Part shown: piece after piece, positions 21,701 through 28,886 of the stretch
Layout of the letters: every line of letters begins with the position of its first letter
How positions within the stretch are numbered: position 1 is the first letter of the stretch
NCBI GenBank assembly: GCA_026395595.1
Contig: JAPLYL010000005.1
Span: 76,853-140,852 of the forward strand
Reading direction: 5' to 3'
Source of the DNA: Candidatus Parcubacteria bacterium
GTDB taxonomy: Bacteria; Patescibacteriota; Minisyncoccia; Phycocordibacterales; CAIJYI01
DNA length: 64,000 nt
Made by a program: the position numbers and the translations under genes
The notes under the pieces: generated by a model
The model's database searches: none
What the model was told of the DNA's origin: nothing
The model's input: the letters and a program-made list of their open reading frames with translations, nothing else

Positions 21701-21890
21701 CCATCGTTTCCGCGGCCGTCAGAGTGAAGCTCAAATTATTTCCAGTAGAGCTTACGGTTACATTGGTCGGAGAAACCGTATTGGTACCGGAACCGTCAGC
21801 AGCAAAGACATGAGATAGGGGAACAAAAAGAATTCCCGAGAAGGCGATAAACGAAACGATGATTCTTGCGAAAAAGTTCTTCCCTGTCAT
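12726..21890 (-). CDS. giant secreted surface protein (3054 aa): signal peptide, 4 CBM-like modules, 12 MBG/YDG-type repeats, IPT/TIG, Big-like Ig repeats, C-terminal dockerin
   Basis: Single uninterrupted ORF. Sec signal (VFA/ADG). N-terminal approximately 150-aa modules repeated 4 times (W..VDDNSASL). 12 repeats of about 86 aa carrying KEYDGG. IPT/TIG-like segment (NPVPIITNISP...VTNPAPGGG). Repeated Ig-like modules (FVIIPP...VTVQAQ). C-terminal DFNGDGTIGIQD...DLNGDGKVNIQD is a canonical two-segment dockerin Ca-binding repeat. Confidence 0.9.
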   Translation of the reverse strand: MTGKNFFARIIVSFIAFSGILFVPLSHVFAADGSGTNTVSPTNVTVSSTGNNLSFTLTAAETMDSGGFNITVPSGWSAPNSTPATAGYTTVASASGIVATVLNTLDSISGWTANQHMTLSADTGDKQEGTGSLSNAITANAAANEQWYFNYGGATSWGTAANGANGQRVGMWIKSSVNTASGDLSWQDDNSASLASPLDTLAIAALTANTWKYTSVTLGVARTSQLSYGLRYTTDLGAATIKLDSVSILFDAADVTTNWTGDANISISAVGSGQEGTNSIRCTYAGTAGTGANGECYRTSTALTILPGNKVSFWVRSSVALNAGDFAWVDDNSASLFSITDTVSLPALSANTWTYVTLSIPNLGASSIRSYGLRQVNDKGALTIDIDAMGSIINYGDATTGWTAPTSALQTLSLDASVVHEGTGSLKNVLTAGATAGDSWYQTLGATQNWSGYTTVGFWIRSAVAANAGDLQFVYDDASDVSSPIGSINIGALSANTWTYQKLTLTGTRTSVNSFGIKYVTNIGATTINVDDFLVGPGVPTFPGSGVINTRILGLTAPQTMVVSYNNATAPDTTGNSTFTTQTKISDSGTLTNIASSPVVSVDKVTTMTALGTSLTPQTYGTSVTFTATVTPASGGPATGTVTFKDGVTTIGTGTLSAGVATYSTSTLSVAGSPHSITAVYGGDTTFSGSTSSAVAQTMTAKALTVTGMLATTKEYDGGVTATLTDGSLVGVVSGDVITINTRTGTFATKTVGTGKTVDVTSVTLNGSASGNYTVTNPTDVTGTITAKALTVTGMQATTKEYDGGLTATLTGGSLVGIISPDVVSINTRVGTFATKTAGTGKTVNVTSVTLIGADATNYTVTNPTDVIGTITAKALTVTGMLATTKEYDGGVTATLTGGSLVGIISPDVVSINTRVGTFDIKTVGTGKTVNVSSVTLTGTDSSNYTVTAPTDVTGAITAKALTVTGMTATAKEYDGGITATLTGGSLVGVINPDVVSIDTRTGTFATKTVGTGKTVNVSSVTLTGTDSSNYTVTAPIDVTGAITAKALTVTGMLATIKEYDGGTTVTLTNGTLVGIINPDVVSINTRTGTFATKTVGAGKTVNVTSVTLTGGDSSNYTVTNPTDVTGDITAKALTVTGMLATTKEYDGGITATLTGGTLVGVINPDVVSINTRVGTFTTKTVGAGKAVNVSSVTLSGTDPSNYTVTAPTDVTGTITAKALTVTGMLATTKEYDGGITATLTGGSLVGVINPDVVSIDTRTGTFATKTVGTGKAVNVSSVTIAGTDSSNYTVTAPTDVMGTITVKALTVTGMTADSKEYDGGITATVTGGSLVGIISPDVVTLSSTSASFADKFVGNGKTVTVNSITLGGVDKDNYTVTLPTVGIANITPKTLTVTGMTAENKAYDSFTTATVTGGSLVGVISPDIVTLSSTSASFADKAVGNGKTVTVDSITLGGTDKDNYTVTLPTVGTANITAKALTVTGMTAESREYDRGTSATLVGGTLVGVIIPDDVSISSRVGSFADETVGTGKSITVTSVVLGGTDAGNYTVTNPIGITGDITAKALTVTGMLATTKEYDGGITVTLTGGSLVGIISPDTVSIASRSGSFSDKTVGTGKAVNVSSVALSGTDSENYIVTNPLDVVGNVTAKTITVTGVMADDKVYDGNDTAVVNTTSASLVGVILGDIVTINSSVAVGTFDSANVGLDKPVTISGLSLSGTDATNYILTQPTGITASIRNPVPIITNISPSSKDAGDSGFTLMVNGSGFLSNSVVKFNGSSRTTSFVTSAQLTAEILTSDVITATSSALITVTNPAPGGGTSNAQVFTVAHAATQFVIIPPTAGTVDSSVTVTVQAQKANGVIDTDYQDDVTLNTSGTTATGGGLVSITNGEGTLSLSDTVAETVHLTLTDSQSTLLSVTSAQDLVFAPGAVTDFSLNSPGNMNARTRLGFQITRKDQYSNAVLAGTQTAYLYSNSTSTDKKFYDDSLTDNVITSIDFTDGSALANFWYYDDMPGTYTLTASDHTPTADLDVGINDATRDVTVIPVAVKFVILTASSTSVDSPLTITVQAQKENGDVDASFQEDVTLNADGSVTGDGLVNIVNGVGTKNLSNTVAESIHLTLTDSEGAGLNVDSSATVQWLGGATTQFSLTEPTTLSAGSRVGYTISRKDQHGNSTSQDEITAYLYSSSVSPNKKFYDAETAGTPITSITLLSGQQTANFWYYDEAPGTVTITASDGTPTANGAAGISDAVKVLSVTPGPVSSFTLNNAGDMTAKTRLGYTVTRKDQFGNLVTSGNTTAYLYTTAGALGVDNRQFYDSATLGNPISNVSIGDGSSLAHFWYYEEVAGLYTVTASDSISGPDALGVTDGTASVNVSPAPIVATKFVIIPPSSGTVDSPITITIQAQDDMGSLDTTATSSVMLLTSGAATGAGLVTLTDGVGTIQISDHNAETVHLTLSDVQSTGLNVSSTADAIFSTGEAKQLFIDNPGDTAAGARLGFTVTRKDQFGNLITTGVTNVTLDSSSAGVKRFYDAVSGGSVITSVNILEGQSIARFWYYDELAGSATVTVAGTAPGMTGSNRTFAVAPSSISKFTIDNPGNMTAGTRLEYTLTRKDTFDNLVTSGIVSAYLYSSAATTSSKFYDVATGGFLTDLVAFADGSATTNFWYYEEAPGTWVITASDGTPIANGTTGIQDAADSVTVTLAIITATHFTIQPVSNGTINLPTTVTIRAEDVNGNVDANYNHNVTLVTSGSATGGGVVTMVNGVGTMTIRDTVAETITLSLIDSQSTGLGVSSTQTLIFNAVFVPPTIVNIAGIASLPSVSGVRFTGKAFPGAVLNVVAIGGTDSLQAKKGVATSNGNFVLSFSGLTGGARSYGIVGTDKNNNTTQVKIFDANQANALLQLDVNGILLSPTIGLARGAVTKGDVLGITGAGAPGYKIEIQIDNQPTVITATVDSKGVYKALVPTFDLGFGSHMVRTRQVSPAGLKSDYSPQEVFSVVNIFTPNMDFNGDGTIGIQDYSIFVSRWQSANATLKAKDDLNGDGKVNIQDLSIFVKTLKK
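16880..19870. repeat. approximately 258-bp coding tandem repeats (about 12 copies) inside the giant gene
   Basis: Periodic DNA and protein repeat (ITAKALTVTGM..KEYDGG..). The plus-strand shadow ORFs recur every 258 bp (18067, 18325, 18568, 18826, 19084). Confidence 0.85.
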
Positions 21891-21945
21891 AAAAATAAGT
21901 TATTGCTCAATAAAAATGTAATGTTTGTTTTTATATGATATTTTT

Positions 21946-22332
21946 CTAGCACTTGCCTTCCAGACACTGGTTAACTTTTTCCACAACATCCGAAAGTTTC
22001 CAGTCTGTTTTTACCATATAAGCGACAGGAGAAAGCGCATCTATCTCTTTTCTCCTCCCATCGTCATCAGAAGAAAGATTCGTGAGAAGAATTACTGGCA
22101 CTTGTTTTCCGTAACCGCCGTCCTCCCGTAATTTCTTAAGCATCATTATCCCGTCCATATTCGGCATAATAATATCCAGCAAAATAATCTCCGGATGCAA
22201 CCTCTGCGCTTCCGCTAAACCTCGTATTCCGTCAATGGCAGTAAAAACTTCAAAGCCTTCTCTTTGAAATTTTTCCTCCATGGCTTTTCGGGCGGACGAT
22301 TCGTCCTCAACGATGAGTATTTTTTTTGCCAT
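21946..22332 (-). CDS. response regulator, receiver domain only
   Basis: LIVEDE...ILLDIIMP...K motif set. 128 aa with no output domain. Immediately upstream of the giant gene on the same strand. Confidence 0.85.
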   Translation of the reverse strand: MAKKILIVEDESSARKAMEEKFQREGFEVFTAIDGIRGLAEAQRLHPEIILLDIIMPNMDGIMMLKKLREDGGYGKQVPVILLTNLSSDDDGRRKEIDALSPVAYMVKTDWKLSDVVEKVNQCLEGKC

Positions 22333-22507
22333 ACATCTATTTATGTTTTTATCGTTATTTATAGACTAGATTGTTTAATTGTATCATGTCTCCCCTGCAA
22401 AAAAGCGAAAAATACTTGTGGAAAACTCAAGCCGTGACAAGAAAGCATTTTATCGCAAAAAACTAAAAAGTTGTACACAGGCAAATAAACAAAAAAGGTC
22501 ATTCATT

Positions 22508-22516
22508 TGATATAAT
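22508..22516 (+). promoter_or_regulatory. extended -10 (TGaTATAAT) 6 nt upstream of ATG, probable leaderless transcript
   Basis: TGATATAAT at 22508-22516. ATG at 22523. No RBS possible. Confidence 0.35.
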
Positions 22517-22522
22517 AGTCGT

Positions 22523-23488
22523 ATGTTCAAAAACTTAAAAATCAAGACGAAGATTATCGTCGGTTTTCTTGCAATAAACATTCCGCTTCTTGTTATCGGA
22601 TTTTTTGCCGTCCAAAAGATCTACCAAACCCCAGAACAAATAGACGGCACGGTGCAAAAAAGCATGGACGATCTTTCAAAAGCAACTCGTCTGAGCACTG
22701 TTTCCCAATTGATACGCTATTATGACGAATTCTTTACGCAGTCAATGAGAGACTACGCTTACACGCAAGACAGAAAATGGAGAGACCGCTATGTTTCAGC
22801 TACAACAACAGGAGACGCGCTGGTCGCGGAGGCCGTTGATTCAGGCGACGCAAAAGACAAAGAGATCTTTGCGAGAGTCAACGATGCAAACATGTCAATG
22901 ATAACCATGGAAGAAGATGCTATGCATCTTGTTGACAACAAACGCGCATCCGAAGCGATCAAAATCTTGGAAAGTCCCGAGTATGCCAAACAGAAAGAAA
23001 TATACAAAAACGGTTTGGATGAGTACGCAAAGCTTCATGATGAAAAATACGAAGTAGCCAAGTATGCCTCTGCTGTTGCTCTTCGTAATGCCGCCGTCGT
23101 AAGCAAAAATACCGAAAAAGCAAATATAACCTTTCTGATTGTCACCTTCATCTTTTGTTTTCTTGGTGGCCTTATCATGGATATTTTCTTCGCGTTTTTT
23201 GTCACCAAACCGCTGAAAGAATTGGAAAAAACGGTCAAAACCATCGCCTCGGGAGACGAAAGCGCCAGAAGTCTTATCTGGTCAAAAGACGAAATCGGAG
23301 AAATGGCGCAAGCGCTCAACCAAATGGCTGATAATCTCCAAAAATCAAAAGCGAACGTGGAAGAAAAAGTCGCAGAACGAACGTCCGAATTGGAAAAACT
23401 AAACGCCTTTATGTCTAATCGCGAAATAAAAATGGCTGAATTGAAAAAAGAAATAGAAGATCTCAAAAAGAAACAAACGAATGTCTAA
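22523..23488 (+). CDS. membrane sensor protein: periplasmic domain plus HAMP plus coiled coil, no kinase domain
   Basis: TM1 (IIVGFLAINIPLLVIGFFAV), approximately 150-aa periplasmic region, TM2, HAMP (PLKELEKTVKTIASGDESARS...EIGEMAQALNQMADNL), coiled coil. Stops 3 nt before the kinase gene. Confidence 0.7.
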   Translation: MFKNLKIKTKIIVGFLAINIPLLVIGFFAVQKIYQTPEQIDGTVQKSMDDLSKATRLSTVSQLIRYYDEFFTQSMRDYAYTQDRKWRDRYVSATTTGDALVAEAVDSGDAKDKEIFARVNDANMSMITMEEDAMHLVDNKRASEAIKILESPEYAKQKEIYKNGLDEYAKLHDEKYEVAKYASAVALRNAAVVSKNTEKANITFLIVTFIFCFLGGLIMDIFFAFFVTKPLKELEKTVKTIASGDESARSLIWSKDEIGEMAQALNQMADNLQKSKANVEEKVAERTSELEKLNAFMSNREIKMAELKKEIEDLKKKQTNV

Positions 23489-23491
23489 AAC

Positions 23492-25855
23492 ATGAAAAAA
23501 TTTCTCAAGATAGGAACAAGGATCACTATTACCTTCACGAGTCTTTTTGTGGTACTGGTACTTGCCGGAGGTTTCTTTCTCCAGAGAGAGGGAGCAAAAA
23601 GAAGTCTTGACCTGACCTACGAAAATTTGAAGATCATCAACGAATCAAAAAAACAAAACATACAATCTCTTCTGGAGAACGAAAAAGAAATGATCGCGGT
23701 TTTAGCGGTAAGTCCCACCATTCAAGATCTTTTACTGTCTCCGGAGGGGGTATCAGAGAAACAAAAAGCCATTCAAAAACTCCAGCTTGCCATAGAACAA
23801 GCGCCGGAAATCCGAGAATTAATGATTCTGGATAAAAACGGAAAAATCATTTCCACTTCAAATAAGGAGGAAAAGGATTTTGATAAGTCCGAGAAAAAAT
23901 TCTTTCTCCACGCTAAAAACGAAACGCATATTGAAGATTTCTACTTTTCAAAAACATTCGGTCAAAATTTATATTCAATTTCGTCTCCCTCCAAAAATAT
24001 CAATACTGAGGAATTTTTGGGGGTAGTGGTCGCTCAAATATACCCCAAAAAACTCTACGATATTCTCAATACCAATACCGACAAAAAAACGGAAGAAAAT
24101 TTTCTTATCAATCGTGACCTTTATTTTGTGTCGGGTTCTCGTTTTTTAGGAAACGATATAGTCTTGAAAAAAAAGAATGAGAAACCAAACATAAAAGATT
24201 GTTTTATAGACAAAACAGCGTTTTCATCAGTAAAAATCAAAAATGGGATTGATTACCGCGATGTCCGTATAATAGGAGCATACTCATATATTCCGGAGGG
24301 AGACTGGTGTCTTGCGATAGAAACTAATCAATCGGAAATTCTTGCCCAGTCCAATCAAATGGCAATCATTTTTTTGGTTGCCGGATTACTCTCTTCTTTT
24401 CTTTTTGTTCTTATCGGTTATTTGATCTCAAGGAGAATCACTAAACCGCTTGAAAAATTACGCGAAGGGGTAGAAGTGATAGAAAAAGGAGATCTGGACT
24501 TTAAGGTGGGAACGACCAACCCCGATGAAATCGGCGCCCTTTCTCGCGCTTTTGATAAAATGACTTCCTCTCTTAAAAAAACAAAAGAAGAAATTGATAA
24601 GAAAGTAAAAGAACAGACGTATGAGATAACCAGAAAGGCCGAGCAATTGGAGACACAGCAAAAAGCCACCCTCAACATTTTAAGCGACATAGAAAAAGAA
24701 AAAGAAAAAGCCGAGATGTTCGCAAAAGATCTGGAAAAATTCAAACTTGCCGTGGACGGAGCTTCCGACGGGGTTGTCATTACTGACCTTGAAGGCATCA
24801 TTCTCTATGTAAATCAAGGAGCGGAAAAAATTACAGGTTTTCCGAAGGAAGAGATTGTGGGACAAAAAGCCGGCTGTAAAAAAAATTGGGGCGGTTTGCA
24901 AGATGCTCCGTTTTACGAAAATCTTTGGAATATCATAAAAACGCAAAAAAAAGTATACCTTGGGGGCATGAAAAACCAAAGAAAAAACGGGGAAAAATAT
25001 GATGCCATACTCCACATCTCGCCAATTTTAGGCAAAGATAAAGAAGTAAAATTCTTTGTCGGGATTGAGCGCGACATTTCAAAAGAAAAAATGATTGATC
25101 GTTCAAAAACAGAATTCGTATCGCTCGCATCGCATCAACTCCGCACTCCTCTTTCTTTTGTAAATTGGTATTCAGAGATGCTTCTTGGAGGAGAAGTAGG
25201 TGATTTGAATGAAAAACAAAAAAAATACTTGGAAGAAATATACGCGGGTAATCAGAGAATGATAGATTTGGTAAATTCCCTTCTGAATGTCTCGCGTTTA
25301 GACCTTGGCACTTTCATCATAGAACCAATACAAATAAATATACAGGAAATGACAAAAAGCCTTCTTAAAGAATTAAGGCCTCAATCCGAAAAGAAACATA
25401 TTGTCATTCAGGAGGACTACGATTCCATCCCTCCAACCTTCCTCGCCGACCCAAAATTACTCCGTATGGTATTCCAAAACCTGCTCACTAATGCGATAAA
25501 ATATAATCAAGATTCGGGGACCGTCATGTTGAATGTCCAAAAAGTTGATAAAAAAATTATTTTTGCCGGACAAGAAATGAAAGAAGAAAATCTTGTCATA
25601 TCAGTATCCGATAGCGGTATAGGGATTCCTGACGGACAAAAAGACAAAATTTTCACTAAACTCTTCCGAACAGATAACGCCAAAGTGTCGGAATCCGAAG
25701 GAAACGGCCTCGGACTCTACATCATCAAATCAATTATTGACCAGTCAGGAGGACAAATATGGTTTGATTCACAGGAAAACAGAGGGACCACTTTCTATGT
25801 TTCTTTTCCTTTGTCCGGAATGAGAAAGAAAGAAGGAACCAAAAAATTGGACTAA
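23492..25855 (+). CDS. sensor histidine kinase (Cache-like periplasmic domain, HAMP, PAS, HisKA, HATPase_c)
   Basis: H-box ASHQLRTPLSFVNWY. N, G1 and G2 boxes (NLLTNAIKYN, DSGIGIP, GNGLGLYIIK). PAS segment (VVITDLEGIILYVNQGAEKITG). Confidence 0.9.
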   Translation: MKKFLKIGTRITITFTSLFVVLVLAGGFFLQREGAKRSLDLTYENLKIINESKKQNIQSLLENEKEMIAVLAVSPTIQDLLLSPEGVSEKQKAIQKLQLAIEQAPEIRELMILDKNGKIISTSNKEEKDFDKSEKKFFLHAKNETHIEDFYFSKTFGQNLYSISSPSKNINTEEFLGVVVAQIYPKKLYDILNTNTDKKTEENFLINRDLYFVSGSRFLGNDIVLKKKNEKPNIKDCFIDKTAFSSVKIKNGIDYRDVRIIGAYSYIPEGDWCLAIETNQSEILAQSNQMAIIFLVAGLLSSFLFVLIGYLISRRITKPLEKLREGVEVIEKGDLDFKVGTTNPDEIGALSRAFDKMTSSLKKTKEEIDKKVKEQTYEITRKAEQLETQQKATLNILSDIEKEKEKAEMFAKDLEKFKLAVDGASDGVVITDLEGIILYVNQGAEKITGFPKEEIVGQKAGCKKNWGGLQDAPFYENLWNIIKTQKKVYLGGMKNQRKNGEKYDAILHISPILGKDKEVKFFVGIERDISKEKMIDRSKTEFVSLASHQLRTPLSFVNWYSEMLLGGEVGDLNEKQKKYLEEIYAGNQRMIDLVNSLLNVSRLDLGTFIIEPIQINIQEMTKSLLKELRPQSEKKHIVIQEDYDSIPPTFLADPKLLRMVFQNLLTNAIKYNQDSGTVMLNVQKVDKKIIFAGQEMKEENLVISVSDSGIGIPDGQKDKIFTKLFRTDNAKVSESEGNGLGLYIIKSIIDQSGGQIWFDSQENRGTTFYVSFPLSGMRKKEGTKKLD

Positions 25856-25904
25856 ACCCAATATAAACATGTATAATGTTCGTATATAATTATTTTAAAA
25901 AATC

Positions 25905-26312
25905 ATGGAAAACAAAAAAACCATTCTTGTCGTGGAGATTGTAGAAGACGAAGCTTCTATTACGAACGTTCTTACTGACAAGCTGCACAACGAAGGTTTT
26001 TCTGTAATCAAAGCAAATAACGGAAAGGAAGGAATAGATGTAGCAAAAGAAAAACACCCCGATCTTATCTTGCTTGATATCAAAATGCCGGTTATGAACG
26101 GAATAGAAATGCTAAAGGTGCTCCGCAATGACGAATGGGGTCAAACCGTTCCGGTTATTGTGCTCTCAAACTTAAGCGATACCGAAACCATTGCGGAAGC
26201 GATAGACAAAAATACTTTTGAGTATTTTGTCAAAGCGGATACCAAGCTCCAAGAAGTAATAGAAAAAATAAAACAGAAACTCTGTATCCCTCCAAAATCT
26301 CAACAATCCTAA
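25905..26312 (+). CDS. response regulator, receiver domain only
   Basis: ILLDIKMP phospho-acceptor context. 135 aa with no output domain. Confidence 0.8.
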   Translation: MENKKTILVVEIVEDEASITNVLTDKLHNEGFSVIKANNGKEGIDVAKEKHPDLILLDIKMPVMNGIEMLKVLRNDEWGQTVPVIVLSNLSDTETIAEAIDKNTFEYFVKADTKLQEVIEKIKQKLCIPPKSQQS

Positions 26313-26317
26313 AGAAA

Positions 26318-26358
26318 ATCCCGTTCCGATAATACCGGAACGGGATTGTTTTATTTAA
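26318..26358. terminator. bidirectional terminator
   Basis: AAAATCCCGTTCCG-ATAATA-CCGGAACGGGATT plus GTTTTATTT, between convergent genes. Confidence 0.7.
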
Positions 26359-27560
26359 ACGTTTTTCAAGACATGACTTGATTTCGCCACTTCATCGAGA
26401 CGGCGTATCAGGTATGCCATGCCTTCTTTTGGAGTCCCTCCTTTGCGGATAAGCGGACAGTACACGGAAACCGGTACACCTACTAAACATAAAGCCCTGC
26501 GAATGGATTCCCCCATGCCGGTCAGAACTTCAAATTCAAAGTTGGCATAATTGCTCCGCGCTTCATTGATGGCAAAAGCAAGGTGCTTCGCATTATGAGT
26601 CGCGGGAGAAACGTGAATATGCTTGCGATACTTCAGCAAAAGCGTAACAACAAGATCAAACATATCATCGGTCTCTTCCTGTGTTTCAAAGAGAGGAAAT
26701 GGGACGCCGAGTTTCTCGGCAATTTCATGTTCCGCTCCCCAATACGCGCCTTTTACCACGCGCACCCGTATCGGATTTTTGCGTTCTCTCGCCACCTCAA
26801 GTATTTTGAGAGCTGAACTGAACGCATCTTTTCGATAGGTTTGAAGCGCGATGCCGACTTCGTTTTTCATAGTACGGAAACGTTCATCAAGCACGGTTTC
26901 AAAAAACGCTTCTTCCGTGAGCTTGCACCATTTGAAGTATTCTTCAGCGTCTATCATGATAGGAGTTCCGCTTTCCTTCGCTGTCGTAAAGAGCTCGGCA
27001 AATTTTTCCTTAAGCAATGCTTTGTTTTGCTCATAGGTATTTTTTTCAAACTCCGATGCTGGGATAAGAGAAGACGGCTTCACTGCCATTTTTCCCCTAA
27101 ATGTTTTCATTACGTATTTATAGCTTTGCATATACGTTTCAGCATTTTCCGGCAAGTGCGCTTCTTCGCCGACAATATCAAGAATAACGTCAGATCCGTC
27201 TTTCAAATACTTCTCTTTTGTTTCCCGATAAGACTTTTCGTCTACCACAAGAAAGTACGGCACCAGTAATTTATTGACGACAAAAAGCAGAATCATGTTG
27301 ACCAAGAAATCGGGCGCTAATTTTTCCGCCAAAGTGAAAATAACCTGCAAGTATTTCGGGAGCGTGTCCCAAATTTCGTGAATCGCTTTGTAGAGATATT
27401 CGGCAGGATTCGGTACGTCATTAATGACGGCCACGAGATCCATAAAAGCCGGTTGAATTTCCGGTATCAGATTACTCATCCTGAGAATGAGTGCGGTCGG
27501 GGTCAAAGGTCGCGCCTCTATAATGGCGCGTTGCAAGAACGCTGTTGAATATCGTTTCAT
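26355..27560 (-). CDS. proline dehydrogenase-like (PutA PRODH domain family)
   Basis: RVVKGAYWGAE motif and overall TIM-barrel PRODH-like spacing. Moderate assignment. Confidence 0.6.
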   Translation of the reverse strand: MKRYSTAFLQRAIIEARPLTPTALILRMSNLIPEIQPAFMDLVAVINDVPNPAEYLYKAIHEIWDTLPKYLQVIFTLAEKLAPDFLVNMILLFVVNKLLVPYFLVVDEKSYRETKEKYLKDGSDVILDIVGEEAHLPENAETYMQSYKYVMKTFRGKMAVKPSSLIPASEFEKNTYEQNKALLKEKFAELFTTAKESGTPIMIDAEEYFKWCKLTEEAFFETVLDERFRTMKNEVGIALQTYRKDAFSSALKILEVARERKNPIRVRVVKGAYWGAEHEIAEKLGVPFPLFETQEETDDMFDLVVTLLLKYRKHIHVSPATHNAKHLAFAINEARSNYANFEFEVLTGMGESIRRALCLVGVPVSVYCPLIRKGGTPKEGMAYLIRRLDEVAKSSHVLKNV

Positions 27561-27662
27561 CTTTTCTTCCTCCTTTTTGTCTGTCCGCCACGGCCCTTCG
27601 TTTATCTCAGGGCGACAGTGGACTTGTTATGTCAAAAAACTGACGTCGCCCTTAAAGCTACC

Positions 27663-28886
27663 TCATATCCTACCGCCTGTCAAAGCTATTTCCGGCGAAG
27701 AAGCCGGCTTTCGAGAAAAGAAAATAAGAAGAATAACCGCAAAAAGAGACACAGTTCCTCCAAAGAAAAATGGCGCGCTTGGCCCGAATTTGTCCCACAA
27801 AATTCCGGCAAGAAAACTCGCGGGAAGCGCGACCAGCCCTACCGCCGTATTGTAAATACCGTAAGCACGGCCGCGATGATCCGATGGAACCATATCGGCA
27901 ACGAATGCTTTTGCCACGCCTTCCGTGGTGGCATAGTAGAGTCCGTAAAAAGCAAAAAGCAGCCATGCCTGATAGCTCTCGCGAGCAAGAGCAAAACCAA
28001 AGTAAGAAAGCGAAAAAGCGAGCCAGCCAAGAACAATGACCCTTTCTCTTCCGATTTTATCCGACAGACTTCCCAAAGGAATGGAAACGGAAGCATACAC
28101 AAAATTAAAAAGCGCGTACACGAGCGGTATGGCAAAAAGCGCCACGCCAAGATCCTGCGAACGAAGAATGAGAAAGGCATCCGACGAATTGCCGATACTA
28201 AAGAGAATCATGATACCGAGGAAAATATAAAACCGACGAGGCAACGAAATCTTAAGAACAGTATCGGCTGTCTTTAGGGTGACGGGAGTTTCTTTGACTT
28301 TAAATTTGAGAACGAGAAAGGTAAAGAAAAGCGGAACGGTCGTCAGCACCAAAACAATGTGATATTTTGACGGATGATCGCGGAGGAGATACATGAGCCC
28401 GAAAAGTACGATTGGGCCGACGACGGAACCAAAGGTATCCAGCATGCGAGCAATCCCAAATTCTTTTCCGCGTGTCGCCTTTACGGTTGAATCGGCAATA
28501 AGCGCGTCTTTCGGCGAATCTTTGAGTCCTTTGCCGATACCGTCAAGAAAACGCAATCCGAGAATAGTCGAACCGGCGGAAACAAAAGCAAGCAGCGGGC
28601 GTGCGACAAAAGAAAAGAAATACCCGAGAAAAACGAACGGTTTTCTCTTCCCGAATTTATCAGAAAGAAAACCGGCAACAACTTTGAACAAACTCGCTCC
28701 GCTCGTTACCAGCCCTTCAGAAATTCCGATGAGCACTTTATCCAGACCGAGAACATTCGTCAGATACAAAGGAAGTATCGGCTTGAACATATCCTGGCTT
28801 ATGCCGCCGAAGAAACTGATGAGTCCGATATAAAAAACATTCCCGCGTTTCGGTTTCTCTTTTGTCGGAGGAGCATTTGTTTCCAT
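27663..28886 (-). CDS. MFS transporter
   Basis: 12-TM organisation. MFS signature GxLSDKFGKRKP after TM2, repeated (LSDKIGRERV) in the second half. Confidence 0.85.
   Translation of the reverse strand: METNAPPTKEKPKRGNVFYIGLISFFGGISQDMFKPILPLYLTNVLGLDKVLIGISEGLVTSGASLFKVVAGFLSDKFGKRKPFVFLGYFFSFVARPLLAFVSAGSTILGLRFLDGIGKGLKDSPKDALIADSTVKATRGKEFGIARMLDTFGSVVGPIVLFGLMYLLRDHPSKYHIVLVLTTVPLFFTFLVLKFKVKETPVTLKTADTVLKISLPRRFYIFLGIMILFSIGNSSDAFLILRSQDLGVALFAIPLVYALFNFVYASVSIPLGSLSDKIGRERVIVLGWLAFSLSYFGFALARESYQAWLLFAFYGLYYATTEGVAKAFVADMVPSDHRGRAYGIYNTAVGLVALPASFLAGILWDKFGPSAPFFFGGTVSLFAVILLIFFSRKPASSPEIALTGGRI

Noticed and set aside
27618-28277. 219-aa plus-strand ORF (Arg/Lys-rich) and other ORFs antisense to the MFS transporter gene
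   Set aside because: Low-complexity basic composition typical of antisense frames of a hydrophobic membrane-protein gene. The MFS ORF on the minus strand has clear family signatures.
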